DNA of 15,964 nucleotides from assembly GCA_039588275.1 (NCBI GenBank), contig JBDHAC010000073.1:1-15964 (forward strand), given 5' to 3'. Of the stretch, positions 1-6,633 are shown piece by piece. Source of the stretch: Gemmatimonadota bacterium (GTDB taxonomy: Bacteria; Gemmatimonadota; Gemmatimonadetes; Palauibacterales; Palauibacteraceae). Both the position numbers and the translations under genes were made by a program. How positions within the stretch are numbered: the first letter of the stretch is position 1; each line of letters opens with the position of its first letter. Under the pieces are notes generated by a model that searched no databases, was not told the DNA's origin, and saw only the letters and a program-made list of their open reading frames with translations.

Positions 1-500
1 GTCCCCGTGAACGTCACCGACGCCCCTGCGGGGAAGCTCGATCCGCCCGCCGGTGCCGTGATGGCCGCCGCCGGCCTGTTGTTCGTGATCGGGACCGTGA
101 TCGGGTGTACATCAATGCCCCCGTTGGAGTCCACGACGGTGAGCGTGATCGTGTGTATGCCGATCGACAGGTCGCTCGTCGTCACCGACTCGCCCGTACC
201 GAGCTCACCGTCCAGATCCGACGTCCATCGCAACGAGACACCCGACAAGGCGCCGTCCTCGGCATCCGTCCCCGTGCCCGTGAACGTCACGGACGTCCCG
301 GCGGGGAAAGTCGACCCCCCCGCCGGTGACGTGATCGTGGCCGTTGGCCTGTCGTTCGTGATCGTCGCAGGGGGCCGGCGGACGGGCTCGGCGGTGGGTG
401 GACGGACGGCCTCTCCGGGGGGCGGGCCGGTGTCGGGGGGAGGTGGCAGCGGCCGGCATCCCGTCCCCAACAACACGAGGACGATCAGGGATCCTTTCAC
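1..500 (-). CDS. Lipoprotein with Pro-rich linker and tandem ~91-aa Ig-like/PKD-like repeats; 3' end runs off the left edge
   Basis: Manual translation from GTG at 500: MKGSLIVLVLLGTG-C-RPLPPPPDTGPPPGEAVRPP...NDRPTATITSPAGGSTFPAGTSVTFTGTGTDAEDGALSGVSLRWTSDLDGELGTG...HTITLTVVDSNG...NNRPAAAITAPAGGSSFPAGASVTFTG. Lipobox-like Cys; open to the edge; the 7..555 + ORF is its antisense shadow. Confidence 0.85.
   Translation of the reverse strand, partial: MKGSLIVLVLLGTGCRPLPPPPDTGPPPGEAVRPPTAEPVRRPPATITNDRPTATITSPAGGSTFPAGTSVTFTGTGTDAEDGALSGVSLRWTSDLDGELGTGESVTTSDLSIGIHTITLTVVDSNGGIDVHPITVPITNNRPAAAITAPAGGSSFPAGASVTFTG
7..363. repeat. Intragenic domain repeat, period 273 nt (91 codons)
   Basis: gtgaacgtcac..gac..ccc.gcgggga recurs at 7 and 280; the protein repeats N.RP.A.IT.PAGGS.FPAG.SVTFTG. 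Confidence 0.85.
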
Positions 501-628
501 GCTTGCCCGAGTCCTTCGCTCCCGTCCTTCGCGCGCTCCTTGCGCGCGGCCTTGACCAGAATGAAGCCGAGACCGCCCCAGACGAAGCCCGTCACGAGGA
601 TCATTACGATGATGCCGGTCGTCGTCAC
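497..628 (-). CDS. MetS-like small membrane protein (NSS transporter small subunit family), 43 aa
   Basis: MTTTGIIVMILVTGFVWGGLGFILVKAARKERAKDGSEGLGQA*. Single TM helix with the WGGL motif and a basic tail; GAGGG RBS upstream; TGA stop overlaps the next GTG start (GTGA, 497-500). Confidence 0.75.
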   Translation of the reverse strand: MTTTGIIVMILVTGFVWGGLGFILVKAARKERAKDGSEGLGQA

Positions 629-645
629 TTGCGTTCCCTCTTCGG

Positions 646-681
646 GATTCTCGCGGCCAAGATTCTCGCGGCCAAATTCTC
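646..681. repeat. 15-bp tandem duplication (gattctcgcggccaa x2 plus partial third copy)
   Basis: Exact copies at 646-660 and 661-675, then attctc at 676-681; gcggccaag recurs at 692-700. Confidence 0.9.
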
Positions 682-891
682 ATGGTGTCTGGCGGCCAAG
701 TTAACCACCCGACGACGCATGCGCTCTCGGCGTGCGCTACTCCTCCGCGGAGGTATTGGGTCTGCACGGTGCCCCGGTGAGCTCGCAGCGGCACAATCCT
801 GACACACCCGCACTCTCAGCCTCTGCCAGCCGCCCAGTTGTACCGACAAACCCGGACTACGAGTCCATCGCCTGACACGAGATGTCACGCG

Positions 892-954
892 CCCGGCCGG
901 GTCTGGGACGCACGAGACAGCTAGTCAGGCCCCGCTCCAGATCACTCCGCGCCC
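892..954. repeat. Direct repeat copy 1 (33-bp core 892-924 plus diverged extension)
   Basis: cccggccgggtctgggacgcacgagacagctag matches 3039-3071 at 31/33 positions; 925-954 matches 3082-3111 at about 22/30. Confidence 0.9.
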
Positions 955-1750
955 GCGCCGTCGGCGACGCGGCAGGCTCGACCCGCGAGTCGGGAAAGCC
1001 TATGCTCGGGCGGAGTGCCTAGCTTTTCCGATGGCCCCCGTCCGAATGGCCCAATGATTTACGTCACTTGCGGACTTCCCGGATCCGCATATCAGCAGTT
1101 CGCAGCGATTTAATCCCACCTTGAACGACGGGGTTGCGAAGGGCTGCAGCGCACACCTTAGTTCGATCCTCATATTCGTCGAATAATGCTGGGTGGGTGG
1201 CTTGGGCGTATTGGCTGTTGCGAGGGTCTTCGAGCATGAGCAGCAGAATCCAACCGTGTTCACCGTGCAGGTGGCTTGCCGCCGACGTAGTTCTCCAATC
1301 TCGCCGAAATCCTCGACGACTCCCAAAGGCTAGTTCACACAGCAACCTCTAGCACCGGCGCGCACGCCCACCGGGTTGTGTGCCGTATTTCATTTAGAGA
1401 AGTCACCGTTCTGTCTGGCGTGCAGGTGAGCCGGACGAGTTGTGTGTGGGAGAAAGAAAAGCTGCCAGCTGGCGGGCTCTTTGGCGGAACACACCAGCTG
1501 ACAGCTTGCGCAACACGACACCCACAAGGGGGGCGCACGTGTTTGGCAGGTCCAACGTACCTCAGTTTAGCCGCAGGGTTCCACGGCGCTCGGATCCGGG
1601 TCCGAACACCGCCGCGAAGGCCGCTGCGCACGCTCGACGGGCCAGCTGTCGAGTGGATCGCTGGCCGAGCGGCTTCACCTGACGGAGCGCTCCCAGCTCG
1701 ACAGCTCACCGAGTCAGACAACGTCATCCACCACAAACCTGGAGTAGACT

Positions 1751-2896
1751 ATGCATAGGCACAAAGCACTCGGAGCGACCCTGCTGTTGGCCTTCTTCGC
1801 CTATGGGTGCAGCGAGGACCAAGGCGTCTCCGGACCCGATGCGCCCACCGACCTGGGGGCCACGAACCAGCCCATGGTGCAGTTCGGTGACGTGGGGCCC
1901 ACGGGTCCCAGTATCAGCGCGTCAATTGCACCTTCCAGCGCCCACACGATCAGCATCGCGGGTGTAGGCGCGAACTTCGGAAATGCAGCCGCAGCCCAAA
2001 TCTGCGCGTTGGGCGATTTGGCGTGCACGTTCGCTCCAGTGAGCGCCGCGGCCTTCAACGCGCTGACCCCGGCCCAGCTGCGGGCCGCCTACGACGTGCT
2101 AATCTTCACCTGGGTCTCCACCGGCGCGATCAACGCGGACTGGAACACCCGCCTTCTTCCCTACATGGCCCTTGGCGGTGGCGTCATCTTCGAGGACCCG
2201 GGCAACCTCCCGGATCTCGCCCCAGGTATTACCGCATTCAATCTCGACGCGAGTTCCGCTGGAATGGCGATCAGCGCAGTCGTCCCTGGATTGACGGATG
2301 GGATCACCAACAGCTTCGCGAACAACCACATCGGATTCTCGGCGTGGGATCCGGCCCTGTCTCCGTTCATCACGCGCTTTTCCACCGTGGTGGGATTGTA
2401 CGGCCAGTTCGCTGGCGGCTGCATCGTGGCCACGGGGCCCGATCAGCACTTCCACGGGTTCAAACCCAACAATCAGTACAACCTGCTCGTGAACGAGATC
2501 AGCTGGGTGACGGGCCTGTCGAGCAACTGCGGGCTGATCATCGTCGGCATCGACATCAAGCCGGGCAGCGACCCGAACTCGATCAACCCGAAGAGCATGG
2601 GCGTCGTCCCCGTCGCGATCCTCGGGAGCGCCGACTTCGACGTGACGGACGTGGATGTGACCACGCTCACCTTCGGGCCTGCGGCAGCCTCGCCCGCGCA
2701 CGACCTGACGGATCCGGTCACGTATGCCGACCACCTGCAGGACGTGAACAGCGACGGGTTCACCGACCTCGTGTCGCACTATCGGCAGAAGGAGACAGGT
2801 CTCGCTCCGGGTGACACCGAGGCGTGCATCGACGGCGCCACGAACGGTGGAACGCCGATCCAAGGCTGCGATGCGGTGCGTGTGCTGGGAGGTTAG
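1751..2896 (+). CDS. Secreted lipoprotein: GATase1/ThuA-like-fold domain plus C-terminal 'IDIKPGS..NSIN' module with a Dx[DN]xDG calcium-binding-like motif
   Basis: GGAG RBS at 1741-1744; signal peptide with lipobox (FFAYG-C20). YDVLIF...LLPYMALGGGVIF...LLVNEISWV pattern is typical of flavodoxin-like GATase1 folds. C-terminus reads IDIKPGSDPNSINPKSMGVVPVAILGS...DVNSDGFTDLVSHY. Confidence 0.85.
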   Translation: MHRHKALGATLLLAFFAYGCSEDQGVSGPDAPTDLGATNQPMVQFGDVGPTGPSISASIAPSSAHTISIAGVGANFGNAAAAQICALGDLACTFAPVSAAAFNALTPAQLRAAYDVLIFTWVSTGAINADWNTRLLPYMALGGGVIFEDPGNLPDLAPGITAFNLDASSAGMAISAVVPGLTDGITNSFANNHIGFSAWDPALSPFITRFSTVVGLYGQFAGGCIVATGPDQHFHGFKPNNQYNLLVNEISWVTGLSSNCGLIIVGIDIKPGSDPNSINPKSMGVVPVAILGSADFDVTDVDVTTLTFGPAAASPAHDLTDPVTYADHLQDVNSDGFTDLVSHYRQKETGLAPGDTEACIDGATNGGTPIQGCDAVRVLGG

Positions 2897-2980
2897 CTAA
2901 GCAGCTCGTGTAAGGGTAGCGACGAAACTGCGTCGCGTGCCCTGCGAGAATGACTGTCCTTTCACGCCGAATCAGCAGAG

Positions 2981-3007
2981 AGGGGCGGCTCCACCGGGGC
3001 CGCCCCT
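2981..3007. terminator. Strong GC-rich hairpin downstream of the lipoprotein gene (possible terminator or 3' stabiliser; no U-tract)
   Basis: aggggcggctcc-acc-ggggccgcccct, a 12-bp stem with one G-U pair; a second hairpin lies at 2913-2943. Confidence 0.4.
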
Positions 3008-3038
3008 GCTGCATCAGGTCAGCCTCCTCCTAGCCCTC

Positions 3039-3111
3039 CCCGGCTGGGTCTGGGACGCACGAGACGGCTAGATAGCCTCGGTCGGACCTCGCTCCAGCTC
3101 CCACTGCGTCC
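3039..3111. repeat. Direct repeat copy 2 (33-bp core 3039-3071, 10-nt insert, diverged extension)
   Basis: cccggctgggtctgggacgcacgagacggctag; see copy 1. Confidence 0.9.
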
Positions 3112-3184
3112 CCCGTCGTAACACCGCCAGATCCCGCAATGTGACCTGACGAGACGTTCGTCCGTCCATGTCGGCGGTTGGGTG

Positions 3185-3297
3185 GGATGTGCCTACGGAC
3201 TCAAGAAATCCGGTGCGCCTTCAGCGTCCGCTCTCTCTCGACCCGCCCGATGCTTGAACTGGCACCGGCGGGCGCGGTCGAAGCCGGCTCTTCCGTT
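3185..3297 (-). ncRNA. Candidate structured RNA with partial glycine-riboswitch-like motifs
   Basis: Minus strand reads GGAAGAG, then a long hairpin (tcgacc..gcccg..cggtgc/gcatcg.ggcg.ggtcga), then ACGCTGAAGGCGCA, a cggatt/agtccg hairpin and TAGGCA. The canonical CUYUCAGG is not present. Confidence 0.2.
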
Positions 3298-3885
3298 TCA
3301 CACGTTCTCATTCGCTTCGAGCCCGAGCTCGGCGGCGATCCCCTGCATGGCCCGGATCACGAGCAGGATGTGGTCGCCCAACTCCTCGCCCAACTCCTCG
3401 CACGCGTGCCTCATCTCGTCCCGGTCCAGAGCGGCCGCGAACGCCTTGTCCTTCATCTTCTTGTTGACTGATTTCGGCTTCAGGTCGGAGATCCGCGTCG
3501 GGCGCACGAGCGAGCAGGCAACGATGAACCCGGTGAGGTCGTCGACGGCCCGCAGCGCCTTGTCCATCCGGCTCTTCGCCGCCACGCCCGTGTATTCCGC
3601 GTGGGCCAGGATCGCCTGACAGATGTCCTCGGACACCCCGCGCTCCCGGAGGATCGCCACCCCGGTGGTCGGGTGCTCCTGGTCGGGGAGGCGGTCGTCG
3701 TTGGGCCAGCGCTCGTAATCGAAGTCGTGCAACAGCCCGGTCACACCCCACAACTCCGGGTCCTCGCCGAACTTCTCCGCGTACGCTCGCATGGCCGCTT
3801 CCACCGCGTACATGTGCCGTCGCAGGTTCGGGTTCTCCGTGTACTCGTGGACGAGGGAAAGGGCGTCCTCTCGACTCGGTATCAT
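3298..3885 (-). CDS. HD/HDIG-domain metal-dependent phosphohydrolase
   Basis: Motifs RRHMYAVE, GLLHDFDYE, EHP, ILAH, AVDDLTG; GAGGAG RBS upstream. Confidence 0.92.
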   Translation of the reverse strand: MIPSREDALSLVHEYTENPNLRRHMYAVEAAMRAYAEKFGEDPELWGVTGLLHDFDYERWPNDDRLPDQEHPTTGVAILRERGVSEDICQAILAHAEYTGVAAKSRMDKALRAVDDLTGFIVACSLVRPTRISDLKPKSVNKKMKDKAFAAALDRDEMRHACEELGEELGDHILLVIRAMQGIAAELGLEANENV

Positions 3886-4036
3886 ATCGGCTCGGCTCTC
3901 CTCTCTTGTCTCGAAGTCCGGGCGATCCGCGCCTGGGCGGCCCCGTGCACAGCGGCTCGAAGCGGGTCGGCCCGCGTCAGCGTATCGTCCGAATCCGCTC
4001 GTCAGCCGGCGTCTGCGGGTCAGTCTCGCCCGGTGA

Positions 4037-4492
4037 TCAGCCCGCTCCCACGGCTCTCAGCGCGGCCAACATGCTGTCTGGCTGAACGGCGCTGAGCATC
4101 AAAACGTAGCCTTCCGTGGTAGGGATGTAGACGACCCGGGCGGGGTCCGTCACGTACAGAAGCGCCTTCTGGCGGTTGCGGAGCCGATACCAGCCCGAAC
4201 GGTAACCGGGCAGGCCCGTGCCGAACGTCCGAAAGCGCGGTCGCAGCTCGTCCTCGCGCCCCAGGTCCAGAACGCGGGCCTCGTCCACGCGGAGCTGCTC
4301 TATCGGGATCGTACGCTGATAGAGGTCGCCCGCGATCCGCAGGCCATCCGGTGAGATCTCGAACCGGGTCTGTCTGGCCGAGTAGGCGACGTACCCGAGC
4401 AGCGCCAGCACTGCAACGAGCAACAGCGCGACGGCGGCGATAAAGAGGAGCGAGCGGCCGGGAGCGGGGATCATCGGGAAAACCTGCGTCAT
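4037..4492 (-). CDS. Membrane-anchored bacterial PH-domain protein (bPH_5-like)
   Basis: N-terminal TM helix; RTFGTGLPGYRSGWYRLRNRQKALLYVTD signature; ATGA overlap with the dinB stop; AGGAGGAG RBS. Confidence 0.85.
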   Translation of the reverse strand: MTQVFPMIPAPGRSLLFIAAVALLLVAVLALLGYVAYSARQTRFEISPDGLRIAGDLYQRTIPIEQLRVDEARVLDLGREDELRPRFRTFGTGLPGYRSGWYRLRNRQKALLYVTDPARVVYIPTTEGYVLMLSAVQPDSMLAALRAVGAG

Positions 4493-5730
4493 CTCCTCCT
4501 CCTGTCGTCGAGCAGCGCAGCACGAGTGACGGTCCCGCTGCCGAACCGCTCCGCGAGGGAATCGATGGCCGTGGCGACCTGCGAGTCCGCCTCCGGCTGT
4601 CCCCGGGAGTCGCCGGTGGCCTGCTCGGTTCCGTAGACGTCCTGCTCGAACAGCGCGAGCTGCCGTTCTCCCGCCGGTTGCAGGCCAGAAGCGGTGACCC
4701 CGATCAGCCGGACGCGCCGTTCGGGGCTGTCCGCCTGGTGGAACAGCTCACGTGCGACGGGCCAGATTCGCTCCGTCGTGTCGACGGGGCGCGGGAGGGT
4801 ACGCTGACGCGTCACCGTCTCGAAGCCATCCCACCTCAGCTTCATGTGCACCGTTCGACCGGTCAGCCCTCGGTGTCGGAGTCCGCTCCCCACCTGCTCA
4901 CACAGGCGGAGCAACGTGCGCTCGACCTGCTCGCGGTCCTCGACGTCATGATCGAACGTGATCTCGTGCCCTAGAGACTTTCGGCCCGGGCTCGATACGC
5001 GCCGATGGTCGACTCCGTTTGCCAGGTCGTGAAACCGTCGCCCCAGCGCCGTCCCGAACGTGGCCTCGAGGAAGTCTCGCTCCATGCGGGCCACGTCACC
5101 GATGGTGCGGACGCCCAGTTGGCGGAAGCGCTCCTGGGCGCGCGCTCCCGCGCCCCACAAGCGCGCGATCTCGAGCGGGGCGAGAAACTCCGCCTCCTGA
5201 CCGGGCGGAACGACGACCAGGCCATCGGGCTTTTCCAGATCGCTCCCCACCTTGGCCACGTACTTGCTCGCCGCCACGCCGACCGAGGCGGTGAGACGCT
5301 CTCGGGTCCGGATCTCGCGTTTGATCGAAGCCGCGATTTGTGGCCCGTCACCGAACAGAGCCCGGCTGGCAGTGACATCGAGAAAGGCCTCGTCGAGCGA
5401 AAGAGGCTCGATGGAGTCCGTGTAGTTACGGAAGATGTCGAAGACGCGCTTGGAAATCTCGCCGTACAGCGACATTCGCGGGCGTATGTAGGCCGCCTGC
5501 GGGCACCGGCGGTACGCCTCCGAGATCGGCATGGCGGACCCGACACCGAACCGGCGGGCTTCGTAGCTCGCCGTTGCCACGACGCCTCGGCCTCGCCCGC
5601 CCCGCGGGTCGGCACCGATCACGACTGGACGCCCGGCAAGCGACGGATCCTCGCGCACCTCGACGGCCGCGTAAAACGCGTCCATATCGACGTGGAGGAT
5701 GGTTCGCGAAGCCGGCTCCCCCGCGCTCAT
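4489..5730 (-). CDS. dinB: DNA polymerase IV (Y-family)
   Basis: ILHVDMDAFYAAVE, ATASYEARRFGVGSAMP, SLDEAFLDV, KPDG, and little-finger domain KSLGHEITF...RVRLIGV. Confidence 0.97.
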   Translation of the reverse strand: MSAGEPASRTILHVDMDAFYAAVEVREDPSLAGRPVVIGADPRGGRGRGVVATASYEARRFGVGSAMPISEAYRRCPQAAYIRPRMSLYGEISKRVFDIFRNYTDSIEPLSLDEAFLDVTASRALFGDGPQIAASIKREIRTRERLTASVGVAASKYVAKVGSDLEKPDGLVVVPPGQEAEFLAPLEIARLWGAGARAQERFRQLGVRTIGDVARMERDFLEATFGTALGRRFHDLANGVDHRRVSSPGRKSLGHEITFDHDVEDREQVERTLLRLCEQVGSGLRHRGLTGRTVHMKLRWDGFETVTRQRTLPRPVDTTERIWPVARELFHQADSPERRVRLIGVTASGLQPAGERQLALFEQDVYGTEQATGDSRGQPEADSQVATAIDSLAERFGSGTVTRAALLDDRRRR

Positions 5731-6563
5731 TCGGTGGTTCGCGTCCCGGCGCTATCACGCTCGTCGATGATCCGACGAACCCTGCCCGGCGTGTCGCTCA
5801 CCAGTCCGTTCACACCCCAGTCGAGCAGTCGGCGCATGTCGGCGGTGCGGTTCACCGTCCACACGAACACCCCGATACCGTCGGAGTGCGCGCGACGCAC
5901 GAATCCACGCGTCACGATGCGGATCGGGCCTCGCTTCTCGGGCACCATCGCGGCGTCCACGGTAGGCGCCTTGAGCCCTCCGAGTCCGATCTTGCCGAGC
6001 AGCACGTATCCGCGGAGCTCGTCCTGGTATGCGCACCGCCAGCGCGCGTGTCGGCCGGCCGGATCGACCTGATCCCGATCGAACCCGCCCACCAGGATTC
6101 GCTCGTGCTCCGGGTGGCTCTCGAGCCACTCACCCATCGCGTGTCCGGCTCGCGCCGACTTGATCTCGGCTACCACCGGGAGTCCCGCGACTGCTTCGAG
6201 AACCTCCTCGAGGGTCGGGATTCGGGCTCCCTGGTCGCGGAACGGGAACGTCTGTCCACCGTCCGGCGTGAAGCGATATCCGGCATCGAAACACCGGAGC
6301 TCCTCGAGCGTCAGCGCTTCGGCGTCGCCCGTCCCGTCGGTGGTTCGCTCCAGCGTGTCATCGTGGAGGACGATGAGGCGCCCGCAACTGCTGCAATGCA
6401 GGTCGAACTCGACGGCGTCCGCGCCCACTTCGACCGCGTGCTCGAAGGATGGAAGCGTGTTCTCGGGCGCGACTGCCGCCGCCCCGCGATGGCCGATGAC
6501 CCGGATGGGCGAGGCCGGCCCAAACAGGTCGTCGGGGTACGATGAAGCACGGTCTTCGGGCAT
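5727..6563 (-). CDS. Glycerophosphodiester phosphodiesterase (GDPD/UgpQ family)
   Basis: IGHRGAAAVAPENT, VEFDLH, HDDTLERTTDG, EIK, WTVN, GLVSDTP. Start reassigned to ATG 6563 (MPEDR) because the longer ORF overlaps the upstream gene. Confidence 0.92.
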   Translation of the reverse strand: MPEDRASSYPDDLFGPASPIRVIGHRGAAAVAPENTLPSFEHAVEVGADAVEFDLHCSSCGRLIVLHDDTLERTTDGTGDAEALTLEELRCFDAGYRFTPDGGQTFPFRDQGARIPTLEEVLEAVAGLPVVAEIKSARAGHAMGEWLESHPEHERILVGGFDRDQVDPAGRHARWRCAYQDELRGYVLLGKIGLGGLKAPTVDAAMVPEKRGPIRIVTRGFVRRAHSDGIGVFVWTVNRTADMRRLLDWGVNGLVSDTPGRVRRIIDERDSAGTRTTE

Positions 6564-6569
6564 GCGCGC

Positions 6570-6598
6570 ACATTCGCGTCGCCACGCGAGCGCGGCAA
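6570..6598 (-). promoter_or_regulatory. Putative sigma70 promoter for a leaderless GDPD-dinB-PH transcript
   Basis: TTGCCG-17 nt-GAATGT, then 6 nt to the ATG at 6563; no SD sequence. Confidence 0.4.
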
Positions 6599-6633
6599 GC
6601 GTGCGGACGGTGGTCCCGACCGGGTTTGGCCGG

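Noticed and set aside
7..555. 182-aa plus-strand ORF
   Set aside because: Antisense shadow of the minus-strand Ig-repeat lipoprotein.
625..888. 87-aa minus-strand ORF ending at the MetS-like start
   Set aside because: Arg-rich low-complexity translation with no recognisable domain and no NSS-like TM segments.
1115..1150. cccaccttgaacgacggggttgcgaagggctgcagc resembles the 3' part of enterobacterial 6S RNA
   Set aside because: I could not find a 5' strand that closes the long 6S rod, and the ttgaac/gttcaa stem is broken. Treated as chance pending a cmscan run.
892..3071. CRISPR array or integron attC interpretation of the repeats
   Set aside because: Only two copies about 2.1 kb apart; no spacers, cas genes, RYYYAAC/GTTRRRY boxes or integrase.
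3068..3169. 33-aa minus-strand ORF (MDGRTSRQ...PTEAI) ending in repeat copy 2
   Set aside because: No RBS, and the equivalent frame is not preserved at repeat copy 1.
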